The translations under genes and the position numbers were made by a program. Below the pieces are notes generated by a model, which saw only the letters and a list, made by a program, of their open reading frames with translations, was not told the origin of the DNA and did not search any database. Below are positions 45,198 to 54,390 of a stretch of 64,000 nucleotides of DNA, one piece after another. Origin of the DNA: an uncultured archaeon (lineage in GTDB: Archaea > Iainarchaeota > Iainarchaeia > Iainarchaeales > GCA-2688035); contig CAZMUN010000002.1 in NCBI GenBank assembly GCA_964569815.1, positions 2,701 to 66,700 of the forward strand, read 5' to 3'. The first letter of the stretch is position 1; each line of letters starts with the position of its first letter.

Positions 45198-47264
45198 TTG
45201 GACATGATTGAAAAAGTAAGGCTTCAGAACTGGAAAACCCACGCCGACAGCTCTTTCCAGTTTGATAAAGGCACAAATGTTTTGATAGGGCAAATGGGTT
45301 CAGGGAAAAGCAGTGTAATGGACGCTGTCTGCTTTGCCCTTTTTGGAACCTTTCCAAGCCTGCAGAGCAGAAAGGTTTCCTTGGAAGAAACCCTTACAAA
45401 CAAGCCAAACAAGGCAGACCAGGCCTTCATTGAGCTCGAGTTTTCATACAAGGGCAAAAAATACCGCGTGGAAAGAACTGTGAAAAGAAAGGGAAACAGC
45501 GAAGCCAAAATATACTGCGAAGGAAAATTTTTGGCAGGGCCAAAGCCCCGGGACGTAAACCAGGAAGTAGAAAAAGCCATTGAAATAAACTACAATCTTT
45601 TCAGCCGCGCAGTCTACTCTGAACAAAACGAAATAGACTACTTTTTGCGGCTAAGCCCAAAAGACCGAAAAACCAAATTCGACGAGCTTCTTGAATTGCA
45701 AAAATACGAAACCGTTCGCGGCAATGCAGTAACGGCCTTGAACAGGTTAAAGGCAAAAGCCAAAGACAAAAGGAAATGGGTTGAAGAGCAAAAAAGCCAG
45801 GCCAGGCCCGAAGAAGAAAAAGGGCTTAAGGAAAGAATCTTGGAAAAAGAAAAGGAAAACAAGGAGCTTTTGGAAACAATAGAGAAAAAAACAGCAGGCC
45901 TGGAAAAGCTTGAAAAATCGGTTAAGGGAATGGAAAAAACCGAAACCGAGTTCAGAAGGCTGCAAAACGCCACAGGAGAAAAAAAAGCAATCAAAAAACA
46001 GCTTGAGAAAGACATTGACGAGATGAAAAAAGAGGCGCAGAAAAGCCCTAAAGAAATAGAAGCCGTGTTTGAAGCCCTTGAAAAAGAAGAAAAAGAAAAA
46101 GAAAAACAAGCCAAGGAAACAGAGCAAAAGCTGGAGAAAGCAAGAGAGCAAAAAAGCTCGGCTGAAAAGCAGGCTGCATTAAACCAAAACAAGGCAGAAG
46201 AGCTCAGCAAACACCTTCAAGAGCTTCAAGGCCTTGGGGCAGAATGCCCGGTATGCAAGCAGAAGCTTGAAGAAAAAACCAGGGAAGCGCTCCTGGAAGA
46301 AGAAAAAAAAGAGCTAAAAAAAGCCGCACTTGAAATGGAAAAAGCCCTGAAGTCAGAAGCAGAAGCCAAAGCAAGGGTAAAGGACTGCGAAAAGGAAGCA
46401 AAAAAAGTTTCAGAGGAAAAAGAAAAGCTTACAGAAAAAAGAAATGCCTTGAAACAGGAAAAAGACGCTATTAAAAAGCTGGCTGAAAAAACCAGCTGCC
46501 TTGAAAAAAACTCAAAAGAGCTTGTTGAACAAGAAGAAAAACTCAAAAAGATGGAATTTGATGAAAAAAAGCTTTTGGACCAGAGAAAAAAACTGGTTGA
46601 AGAAAACGCGGCAATAAATGCAGCAAAAAATGCTGTAAAGGCAAACCAGCAGCTTTCCCAAGAAATGAGAAAAAGCCTTGGAAGAATAGAACAAACAAGA
46701 GCCAGGATAAAAGAACAAGAGAAAAACGTGAAGGCAATTGAAGCCAACTCGGAAAAGATGAACCTTTTTGTAAACAGCCTGCTTGCATCACAGCAGGAGC
46801 TCAGGGCAACGCTTATTGCAACCATAAACCAGGCAATGGACAGCATCTGGAAACGCGTTTACCCTTACAAGGACTACCTTTCGGCAAAAATGGATGTCGA
46901 ACAAGGAAACTACGAATTGCGCGTAAAAGACCTTAACGGAAACTGGGTTCGGGTTGAAGGAATTTTAAGCGGCGGGGAAAGAAGCGCTGCAGCAATCTGC
47001 ATAAGGATTGCTTTTTCGTTTGTTTTGACAAGGAACCTGAGCTGGATTATTTTAGACGAGCCAACACACAACCTTGACAGCGAAGCAGTGCAAACCCTCT
47101 CAGAAATGATGCAGCAGCATTTGCCAAAACTGGTTGAACAGATTTTTGTAATAACACACGACATGGAAATGAAAAAGGCCGCTACAGGCTCACTCTATGT
47201 CCTGGAAAGGGAAAAAAACAGTGACTCGGCAACAAGGCCTGTTTTAAGGCCAATCGGCAACTAG
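45198..47264 (+). CDS. rad50: Rad50/SbcC-family SMC-like ATPase with CxxC zinc hook
   Basis: Walker A GQMGSGKSS. Long coiled coil with central hook CPVCKQKL. Signature LSGGERSAAAI, Walker B ILDEP, D-loop. Confidence 0.8.
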   Translation: MDMIEKVRLQNWKTHADSSFQFDKGTNVLIGQMGSGKSSVMDAVCFALFGTFPSLQSRKVSLEETLTNKPNKADQAFIELEFSYKGKKYRVERTVKRKGNSEAKIYCEGKFLAGPKPRDVNQEVEKAIEINYNLFSRAVYSEQNEIDYFLRLSPKDRKTKFDELLELQKYETVRGNAVTALNRLKAKAKDKRKWVEEQKSQARPEEEKGLKERILEKEKENKELLETIEKKTAGLEKLEKSVKGMEKTETEFRRLQNATGEKKAIKKQLEKDIDEMKKEAQKSPKEIEAVFEALEKEEKEKEKQAKETEQKLEKAREQKSSAEKQAALNQNKAEELSKHLQELQGLGAECPVCKQKLEEKTREALLEEEKKELKKAALEMEKALKSEAEAKARVKDCEKEAKKVSEEKEKLTEKRNALKQEKDAIKKLAEKTSCLEKNSKELVEQEEKLKKMEFDEKKLLDQRKKLVEENAAINAAKNAVKANQQLSQEMRKSLGRIEQTRARIKEQEKNVKAIEANSEKMNLFVNSLLASQQELRATLIATINQAMDSIWKRVYPYKDYLSAKMDVEQGNYELRVKDLNGNWVRVEGILSGGERSAAAICIRIAFSFVLTRNLSWIILDEPTHNLDSEAVQTLSEMMQQHLPKLVEQIFVITHDMEMKKAATGSLYVLEREKNSDSATRPVLRPIGN

Positions 47265-47455
47265 CTCTTTTTTTGGGCTTTTATTTGCCTTGTGAGAAAA
47301 CCGGCAATCATGTTTCTGTCAAACCTGCTTAACTCGATGTCAAGTTCGCCCAAAACCTGCTTGTTTTTCTCAAAATTGGCAGTAAAACGTTCAGGAAATT
47401 TTTCAAGAAGGGTTTCAACCCTCATTTTAATAGATCGTGGAACCGCCTTACCCAA
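47261..47455 (-). CDS. rps17e: Ribosomal protein S17e
   Basis: MGKAVPRSIKMRVETLLEKFPERFTANFEKNKQVLGEL...RNMIAGFLTR matches S17e. Confidence 0.8.
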   Translation of the reverse strand: MGKAVPRSIKMRVETLLEKFPERFTANFEKNKQVLGELDIELSRFDRNMIAGFLTRQIKAQKKS

Positions 47456-47465
47456 AAAGAAAACC

Positions 47466-47669
47466 TCAAACGCCTACTTTTTCAACCCGGCCGTCAGAAA
47501 AACGCCTTATCACAGTCAAAGGAAGAACGCCTTCCTCCAGCTCTTTTTTGGCCAAAATATAAGGAGTGGAACCATCTTTGGCCTTAAGCAAGGGCGGCGC
47601 GCCAAAAGCTAGCTGAAGAGCGCGGGCGCTCACAAGCCTTGCCTTCTCAAACCTGGTTGCTTTGCTCAT
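47466..47669 (-). CDS. rpoK: DNA-directed RNA polymerase subunit K (Rpb6/omega homolog)
   Basis: MSKATRFEKARLVSARALQLAFGAPPLL...EEGVLPLTVIRR is the classic RpoK pattern. Confidence 0.8.
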   Translation of the reverse strand: MSKATRFEKARLVSARALQLAFGAPPLLKAKDGSTPYILAKKELEEGVLPLTVIRRFSDGRVEKVGV

Positions 47670-47747
47670 AAAAGTGCACCAAAAAAAAGTCCTTTTTCAG
47701 TTATAATAAAAGGTATTGAGAAAATTTAAAAGCCTTCTTGTTTGAGC

Positions 47748-49253
47748 CTAATTGGGTTTTTTTGTTGTTTTTAGAAGAATTGCCTGTTTTTGGGAAAACT
47801 GTTTCACCAAACTGTTGGGTTTTTGGCTGCTCAAAAAAACTTTGTTCTCTTTAAGGATAACATTGCTTTTCTTTTCAGCGGCAAAGCTGTGGAAATGGTC
47901 CAAAACAGAGTATTGGATGGCTTGAATGGCAGAACAAAGGCTTTCAGTGTAAAAGCCGCTTTTTTCGCTGGAAAGCTGTTTGAAAAGGGATGAAACAAGC
48001 CTTGAAGCCGATTCAGAAACAGATTCAAGCAAAAGGTATTCCAGGTTGTAAGACAAGGCGTTAAGTGAAAGAACCTTGTGCTGCTTCACTGACTCCAGGC
48101 TTACTTTATCCAGTTCCTTTTCTGCAAAATTGGAAACAGAATTCAGCTCAAACACGGCTTTTGAAACAAGGCTTTCCTTTTTCAGGCAAAACCAGGCCGC
48201 TTCTTTAAGGGAAACTATTTTTGCCTTTCCTTCTTCCCGAAGCCTGAAAGCGTCTGCAAGAGGCACTAAAGCTTTTTGGTTTCTAAAAAATGGCCCAACC
48301 GGAATTGATTTCAGGAAAAACTCTTTTTTTCTCCGAAGCCTGCTTTCCTTGTCTTTGTGGCTTTTGTGAAAACTTGAAGCAAACAGTTTTGAACATGATT
48401 CAAAGAAAAAGCCGTCTTTCTGCATCTCAACAGAAACAAGGCTGCTTGGCAGAATGTTTCTTTCAAAAATGGTTTTTGGCCTGCAGCAGTCGCAGCATAT
48501 GGTGTCAGGGCCAAGGTTGAAAAAAGGCTTTGTCAAAAGGGCGGCCCAAAGCTTTGAAAAATCTGCTTCAGCCAAGTCAGGCATTTTTGGCAAAGGCTCT
48601 TCCATCGAAAGCTTGCTTGGGTTTGTTTTGTTTGTTGAAAGCCCTGCCTGCCATAAGGCATTCTGAAGCAAAATTTCCTGCCGAAAAAACGGGTTTGAGG
48701 GAATTGCTTCCAGCTTTGTCTTCAAAAGCTTGCTTAACCCAATAAGAGAAATGGTTTTTTTGGCTGTTTCAGGGCTGTCTTTTATCACCTGTTTCAGGGT
48801 TTCTGGAAGAGGTTCGGAAAAAAACTTTACCCTGGCTTTTGGAAAGGCCGTGGTCTCGTTTTTGACAAACTCTTTGTCTGAAAAAAATGAAAAGCAGTCA
48901 AAATAGCTCCAGCCTTTTTCAAGCAAAAACTGGCGCTCTGGCTCAATAACCAAAGGCATGAAGCCTGTTGCCTTGAACAGGGCCTCGGCCAAAAGCTTTA
49001 AGTCTGAAAAGGCTCCTGCCACAACCTTGAAGCTTTTTTCACAGTTCTGCAACTTGAAGCGGGCTCTTTCCAGTGAAAGAATTTCTTTCAAGCCTTCAGA
49101 TGAAAGGAAGGTTTTTTTAACAAAGAAGGAGGGGAAAAAGGGCTGCCTGGACATTCTCCTAAAACCTAGCTGGGAGAAATTCAGGAGCATTGCCCTCTTT
49201 TCCTCAACATACTTTAGGTCGGTTAGCCAAAACTGTGAGGCTTTCAAAGTCAT
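47748..49253 (-). CDS. Hypothetical 501-aa protein with a CCDCC cysteine cluster, function unknown
   Basis: Long ORF co-directional with herA/nurA and rpoK. Motif NLGPDTICCDCCRPK. No Walker, phosphoesterase or other diagnostic motifs seen. Confidence 0.45.
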   Translation of the reverse strand: MTLKASQFWLTDLKYVEEKRAMLLNFSQLGFRRMSRQPFFPSFFVKKTFLSSEGLKEILSLERARFKLQNCEKSFKVVAGAFSDLKLLAEALFKATGFMPLVIEPERQFLLEKGWSYFDCFSFFSDKEFVKNETTAFPKARVKFFSEPLPETLKQVIKDSPETAKKTISLIGLSKLLKTKLEAIPSNPFFRQEILLQNALWQAGLSTNKTNPSKLSMEEPLPKMPDLAEADFSKLWAALLTKPFFNLGPDTICCDCCRPKTIFERNILPSSLVSVEMQKDGFFFESCSKLFASSFHKSHKDKESRLRRKKEFFLKSIPVGPFFRNQKALVPLADAFRLREEGKAKIVSLKEAAWFCLKKESLVSKAVFELNSVSNFAEKELDKVSLESVKQHKVLSLNALSYNLEYLLLESVSESASRLVSSLFKQLSSEKSGFYTESLCSAIQAIQYSVLDHFHSFAAEKKSNVILKENKVFLSSQKPNSLVKQFSQKQAILLKTTKKPN

Positions 49254-49320
49254 TGCATTAGGAAGAGGTTTTGCAGGCTTTTAAAGAAAGGAGAAAGAGA
49301 CCGGGTTTCCGGTAATATAT

Positions 49321-49674
49321 TCACTTTATGGGTTTCCCTTGTTTCAGGTAGCGCCTGTATTCAAAGAAATCCTTTTCCATGAACTCTTTTTTGCATTTTT
49401 CCTTGGAGCAGAGAGACATGTACTGGGTGCACATTTCTTTGTCCCCAATTTTTTTAAGGTATTGGCAACCTTGCCAGCTTGGGCGCTTTAGTTCAGGGTC
49501 TGCAGCTGCCTTGTCGCCCTCGCTTATGACCGCCATAGTCCTTTTAAGGTCTTTTCGTTCAAAAGCAGGCTTTGTGTCTGACCCCGAAATAGTGGTTCTG
49601 CCTTCAATTGCCTGTGTTTTTCCCAAAAAGGGGGTATTTTTCTTGGCTTCTGCAACAAAGTGAGCTAAAGGCAT
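49321..49674 (-). CDS. Hypothetical 117-aa protein with four spaced Cys (possible Zn-binding)
   Basis: CQYLKKIGDKEMCTQYMSLCSKEKC. Confidence 0.3.
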   Translation of the reverse strand: MPLAHFVAEAKKNTPFLGKTQAIEGRTTISGSDTKPAFERKDLKRTMAVISEGDKAAADPELKRPSWQGCQYLKKIGDKEMCTQYMSLCSKEKCKKEFMEKDFFEYRRYLKQGKPIK

Positions 49675-49720
49675 GCTTTAAATAATGCATTAAGTCATTA
49701 AAAAGTCTTTCGCTTTTTAG

Positions 49721-51256
49721 TCACAAAAGTTCCCTGGTTTCAGAATCCCGTTCTTCAGAGCCCTGTTCAAAGTCAAGGGCCGCTTTTTCAAGCGAAATCT
49801 CGTGCTTTGACTCCTGGCTTTTTCTTTCACGAACCTTGAAGAACAGCGGAAAGTGGGTTGCTTCGCCAACAACAAGTGCTTCTCCAACACGCAGGGAAGT
49901 GATCATGTCAATGCTTTTGCTGTCAAGGCCCTCAGAACTTTCAGAAATGTGTTTCAAGTCATAAGGGTTGGTTATCCGCAGTATTATGTGCGTGTTGCAT
50001 TGGCTTAAGGCCGTGGTGTCAAGCTGCACAGGCCTCTGCGAAACAAGGCAAAGCGAAGCGCCAAACTTTCTTCCCTCGCGGGCAATCGTCCTGATAATGC
50101 TTCTCGAAATAGCTGTTTCGGCCGCAACATGCTCTGGAACAAACTGGTGGGCTTCCTCCAAAACAAGTAGAAATGGCGGTATTTTCTTGTTTCGCCTTTC
50201 GAAAAAAATCCTCTGTGCGAAATAGCTTACAATAACCTGCTTTTTTTTCAGGTCTATAAGGTCGCTTAAGTCGATGACGGTAAGCTGGCCTGGCTTTATC
50301 AAATCTATTATGCTTGGATTGTCGGTTTTTCCAAAAAGGTTAAGGCTTCTCAAGGAATCAATCCAGCCCATCAAAGGCCCTTTGCTGTTTTCCTTTATGG
50401 ATCCATCTCTCGAAACTGCGTCCCGCAAGTCGTTTAAGTCAAAGGGGCCAACGCCCTCCTTCATCTGCTGCTTCAGCTCAGACAAAATTCGGCCAAGGTC
50501 ACGCTTCTGCGGGCCACTCAACCCAGGGATTATGCCTGAAACAACGCCTATGCTCAGCTTTGGAACGCCTATCTTTATGTCGTTTGCCTTTACAAGCTTT
50601 GTTTTTCCAGAGTAATCCTTTTTGCCTTTGCCTTTTGGAACAGAGGCAAAACTGCTGTATTCGCCATGTGGGTCCAGCACTATGGTGGAAATGCGGCCTT
50701 TGTCTTTGGGCCTGTCAAGAAGCTCTTCCAAGAGAACTGAGACAAGGTAGCTTTTTCCACCTCCGGATAAGGCAAGGATTGCAAGATGCTTTTTCAAAAG
50801 CGAGGTCATGCTGAGCTTTACGTCAAGGTCGTGGTGCTCCACTGTTCCAATAAAAAGCCCGGCCTCTTTGTCAAAGTTTAGGAATTTTTCAAGGCTTTCC
50901 TTTGAAGCAATCTTTACACGCGTTCCAGGGCTCGGTGGAAAGGTAACGCGCTTTATCATGTTTCCTGAAAACATTCCCAAAGGCCTTGTTTTTGCAACAA
51001 GGTATTCCCATTCCGATGTTGGAAACTGTTCAAAAAGAGCGGAACCACTGCTTTCAAACTCTTTTACTGAATCAGCCCTTTCAAAATAGCGGTTTGTTTT
51101 AATCACGTCGTTAACCAAAGCGATGAGGTTTCCGCCTGCATGCGAAAATTCCACAAACTGGCCCCTGTGAACCAGGCCCTTGTTTACAACAAAGTCCACG
51201 TTTGAAGGGCTCGGCGAATCCACGGTGCTTACAACGGTCCCTATTTCTTTTTCCAA
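49721..51256 (-). CDS. herA: HerA-type bipolar DNA helicase (FtsK/HerA superfamily ATPase)
   Basis: HAS-barrel-like N-terminus. Walker A LAILALSGGGKS. Conserved TIVLDPHGEY. Walker B and Arg-finger region. Confidence 0.8.
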   Translation of the reverse strand: MEKEIGTVVSTVDSPSPSNVDFVVNKGLVHRGQFVEFSHAGGNLIALVNDVIKTNRYFERADSVKEFESSGSALFEQFPTSEWEYLVAKTRPLGMFSGNMIKRVTFPPSPGTRVKIASKESLEKFLNFDKEAGLFIGTVEHHDLDVKLSMTSLLKKHLAILALSGGGKSYLVSVLLEELLDRPKDKGRISTIVLDPHGEYSSFASVPKGKGKKDYSGKTKLVKANDIKIGVPKLSIGVVSGIIPGLSGPQKRDLGRILSELKQQMKEGVGPFDLNDLRDAVSRDGSIKENSKGPLMGWIDSLRSLNLFGKTDNPSIIDLIKPGQLTVIDLSDLIDLKKKQVIVSYFAQRIFFERRNKKIPPFLLVLEEAHQFVPEHVAAETAISRSIIRTIAREGRKFGASLCLVSQRPVQLDTTALSQCNTHIILRITNPYDLKHISESSEGLDSKSIDMITSLRVGEALVVGEATHFPLFFKVRERKSQESKHEISLEKAALDFEQGSEERDSETRELL

Positions 51257-51260
51257 AAAA

Positions 51261-51431
51261 TCAATCCCCTTCTTTTAGCGCTTTAACAAAATTTTGGTTC
51301 CCCTTGAGTGCAATGCCTTCATAGCCGCATTTTGGGCAACGGTATTGGTCTCCAAGCTTGCCTCCAAGAAGCCATCTTAGGTCCACGGCCCCGCATTTGG
51401 GGCAAACCATTGTTTCTTTCTCGCTTTTCAT
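51261..51431 (-). CDS. 56-aa double-CPKCG zinc-ribbon protein between nurA and herA; absent from the ORF track
   Basis: Hand translation MKSEKETMVCPKCGAVDLRWLLGGKLGDQYRCPKCGYEGIALKGNQNFVKALKEGD. Confidence 0.5.
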   Translation of the reverse strand: MKSEKETMVCPKCGAVDLRWLLGGKLGDQYRCPKCGYEGIALKGNQNFVKALKEGD

Positions 51432-51440
51432 AAAAAACAC

Positions 51441-52541
51441 TTAAAATGGCCTGTAGTCGCGCCTTAGCCTTAACTTAAATCCTTTACCAAGCTTGTTTAA
51501 AATCTTGTCATAGACGAGCTCTATTTCGTCAGGATGCAGCCTTGCATGAAGGTCTGCTTCTATGAGAATTGCCGGGTATGCGTATTCACGGTGCATGCAG
51601 CTCTGGGAAAAAACAATGGAAGCAATTTCAGAGGCGTGCTTTGAAATGGTTTTATCGCGGTTTGAATGGAGAAACTCTACCCTGAGGGGCCTGTCAAAGG
51701 CAACAGGCTTTAGGTAAAAAGCATGCACTGATTTGGACCATCTTTCATCAAAATCCATCAGGATAGGGTGCTCTTTTACGCCTGCAGTGTAGGAAAAGGC
51801 AAGGCTTCGCTCGCCAGGCTTTAGCAGGTAATCCAAAATAATTGCATCATAGCATCCTTCAAGCTGTTGGGACAGGTTTTGCTGGTTTGCAAGAAGGCGT
51901 TCCTGTAAAATTTGCCTGAATCTCGAACCCCGGGAGTCTTCAACGCATGCAATCAGTTCACAGTTCTTTTCAGCGGCAAGCTTGTAAAGGCCTTGAAACT
52001 CGGAAAGCATTTTATGGTAAGCTGACTTTATCTTGCTGTCTTTTCTCGGCTTGTCTGCATACTGCGGAACAATGCTTCCATCCAAAAAACAGTATCTTGG
52101 GGAAAAGTTTTCCACCAAGGATTTTGCGGTTTTTACCTCTTCAATCAAGCGCTGAATGTTTTTGCTGCACTGGAATTCGTCTGCCTCCAGAGCGTTGTTG
52201 TTTAGGCGCGGCTCAGGAAAACAGTAAAAGCTTGGAAAATACCGGGCTTTCGAAAGCTTTCCCTGCGAATAGTCAAAAACCGCTCCAATTGCCCTTATGA
52301 GAACCAAATCCAGGGCAAAAAGGTCTTTTCCCACAAAGCCTGAGTCAACACCTGCAATGCTGCCTTCCAGAGGGATTTTTTCCACAGGCATCAAAAGCCT
52401 TTCTTCAAGAAAGTCCTCTGAACCTATTTCAAGCAAATTCAAGCCCTTTAAGGGCGCAAGCTTTTCGCTTAAAACACGCCTTTTTTTGTCCGCCTCTGCT
52501 ATATTGTTCACGGCTTCAGAAATAACGCTGTGGAGTTGCAT
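51441..52541 (-). CDS. nurA: NurA-family 5'-3' nuclease (HerA partner)
   Basis: IAGVDSGF (NurA DGS motif) near the N-terminus. About 366 aa. Operonic with herA. Confidence 0.65.
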   Translation of the reverse strand: MQLHSVISEAVNNIAEADKKRRVLSEKLAPLKGLNLLEIGSEDFLEERLLMPVEKIPLEGSIAGVDSGFVGKDLFALDLVLIRAIGAVFDYSQGKLSKARYFPSFYCFPEPRLNNNALEADEFQCSKNIQRLIEEVKTAKSLVENFSPRYCFLDGSIVPQYADKPRKDSKIKSAYHKMLSEFQGLYKLAAEKNCELIACVEDSRGSRFRQILQERLLANQQNLSQQLEGCYDAIILDYLLKPGERSLAFSYTAGVKEHPILMDFDERWSKSVHAFYLKPVAFDRPLRVEFLHSNRDKTISKHASEIASIVFSQSCMHREYAYPAILIEADLHARLHPDEIELVYDKILNKLGKGFKLRLRRDYRPF

Positions 52542-52671
52542 GCATTAAAAGAAAAGAAAACCTGATTTAAAAACATTCTTAGGGAGCGAGGTTCCGGTGA
52601 AAAGCCCTAAACTCGTTTCTTGGCAAATGAAAAGAAACAGAAGATGGCCAGGGGGTTATTAAAGCTTTCCA

Positions 52672-53070
52672 ATGAAAAAAAGAAATTTATTTAAAGAAGG
52701 CAGGGCTTATTCTGTAAACAAATTCAAAAAAAAAGTGGAAGAAATGAAGAAAGCGGTTTTTTTGGTAAAAAACACGGTCCAGCATTGGCGCCCGCCGTTC
52801 GGAAAAGAGGTTTCTGACGAAGTCCTAACTGTTTCTGAGGGAGAGCAGTTTGACAACATGGAAAAAGAGGGGCCTGTATTCAAGCTCATAAAATGCGATG
52901 GAAACAAGGCACTAGTGGAATTCTCGGAAAAGTTTACCCTAAAGGGCCACCTGCACCCAAGAAACAGGCAGGTCTGGATACAAAACCACGAGCCGACAAG
53001 CTTCACCTACCTTTGGGGCAATGACGGAATAACAAAAAGCCTTAAGCTGAAAGAAATGGCTGAAGCCTGA
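52672..53070 (+). CDS. Hypothetical protein (132 aa)
   Basis: ORF only. Confidence 0.3.
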   Translation: MKKRNLFKEGRAYSVNKFKKKVEEMKKAVFLVKNTVQHWRPPFGKEVSDEVLTVSEGEQFDNMEKEGPVFKLIKCDGNKALVEFSEKFTLKGHLHPRNRQVWIQNHEPTSFTYLWGNDGITKSLKLKEMAEA

Positions 53071-53119
53071 TTTTCCTGCCAAGGCATTCCAAAAGCTTTT
53101 CAGCCGCAAGCCTGATTTT

Positions 53120-53983
53120 TTACCGCAGGTACTCCAAGGTGTTCTGCCAAATGCCGGGAGTCAAGGCAGGGTCGTAGTTGAAGTAAAGCAATTTTCCAAC
53201 CAAAAGCTTGCTTTCAACAACGCCGGGGTAAATGCTTGAAGCCGTAACATGCTTAATGTAAGCAACCTCTTGGCCTGTTACCTTGACATTAAAGACAATA
53301 AGCTGCAGGGGCCCGAAACCAAGGTCTGCGGGCGCAGTGTCAATGCCCTCCATTATCTCGTGGCCAAAATCAGCCCTGTGAACTTTTCCGCTCAGCGCAA
53401 TCGGAACAGTGCATGTCTTCACGCTATTGGGGCCGGTATCGCATTCAACAGGCATTATGCCGCCAAAGGTTGCCTTCCAGCCCACTACATCGGTTGAAAC
53501 CGAGAACCCATGCTGGCCTCCTGAACGGTAGATGCCTGAGTCCATTACAACGACAAGCTTTCCCCCGCCTTCAACATAGTTCTCCAGAGCCTCTCCCAAA
53601 GCGCGAGAAATGCTTTTGTCAAAAGGAGTAGCACCCAAATGCTGGTCCAACAAAACAACGTCATACTGGGCAAGGGTTTCGGCAGGGTTTTGCTCCAAAG
53701 CAGAAGCATCATTTACACGGTAGTAAACCAAGCCCCTTTGATTATCGAGATCTGAAAGCAGATCCACAGACGGCTGGCCTATGACAAGCATTTTCATTGG
53801 CTCGGAACCAAAACCAGGAAAATCCAAAATGCCAAGCTTGTAACCCAAAAAAAGGCCGGGGAGCAGGTAAACTGCAAATGCAACAATTAAAACGGCAAGG
53901 GCTGCAGCTGTCAAAAGCGTTACCTGTTTCCTAGAAAAGCCTTTTTTTACAGGCTCTCCCTCCAAAGGCATTTCGTCTTCCAT
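53120..53983 (-). CDS. Membrane-anchored protein with a class I glutamine-amidotransferase-like (ThuA/DJ-1-like) fold, unknown function
   Basis: N-terminal TM helix. YDVVLLDQHLG...GGGKLVVVMDSG pattern. Confidence 0.35.
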   Translation of the reverse strand: MEDEMPLEGEPVKKGFSRKQVTLLTAAALAVLIVAFAVYLLPGLFLGYKLGILDFPGFGSEPMKMLVIGQPSVDLLSDLDNQRGLVYYRVNDASALEQNPAETLAQYDVVLLDQHLGATPFDKSISRALGEALENYVEGGGKLVVVMDSGIYRSGGQHGFSVSTDVVGWKATFGGIMPVECDTGPNSVKTCTVPIALSGKVHRADFGHEIMEGIDTAPADLGFGPLQLIVFNVKVTGQEVAYIKHVTASSIYPGVVESKLLVGKLLYFNYDPALTPGIWQNTLEYLR

Positions 53984-53993
53984 TGCAGAATAT

Positions 53994-54019
53994 AAGCTAT
54001 TTTTAACTATAAATAGCTT
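53994..54019. promoter_or_regulatory. Perfect 9-bp inverted repeat (AAGCTATTT-n8-AAATAGCTT), candidate operator for the downstream ArsR-family regulator
   Basis: Read directly from sequence, 39 bp upstream of the arsR-like ATG. Confidence 0.4.
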
Positions 54020-54057
54020 TTCTTCACAGGGAAAGCCTTATAAACATTATATGAAAT

Positions 54058-54390
54058 ATGTTTCATATGAAGTCTGTTTCAATTCCCTACCATTTGTGCT
54101 TCGAGGTTTTGGGAAACCCTTTGAGGATAAGCATCATCCAAATGCTTAAGGCAAAGCCCAGAAGCGTTTCAGAGCTTTCAGAACAATTGGGAGAAGAGCA
54201 AAGCAAGGTAAGCCACTCTCTCAAAGCATTGCGGAAATGCAAGTTTGTGGAAGCAAAAAGGAAAGGAAAGCAGGCCATTTATTCGCTTAAAGGAAGCTTT
54301 TTGAAAGAGCTTAAGGGAAAAGACATCTTTGAGGCACTTGAAGACCACTACAAAAGCCATGGAAGAAAATGCTGGAGGTGCGGCAAATGA
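54058..54390 (+). CDS. ArsR/SmtB-family HTH transcriptional regulator with C-terminal CWRC motif (possible Fe-S/metal sensor)
   Basis: LGNPLRISIIQMLKAKPRSVSELSEQLGEEQSKVSHSLKALRKCKFV. C-terminus ...HGRKCWRCGK. Confidence 0.65.
   Translation: MFHMKSVSIPYHLCFEVLGNPLRISIIQMLKAKPRSVSELSEQLGEEQSKVSHSLKALRKCKFVEAKRKGKQAIYSLKGSFLKELKGKDIFEALEDHYKSHGRKCWRCGK

Noticed and set aside
45638-46846. Several 130-206-aa ORFs antisense to rad50
   Set aside because: Phe/Leu/Ser-rich antisense artefacts of the K/E-rich coiled-coil region.
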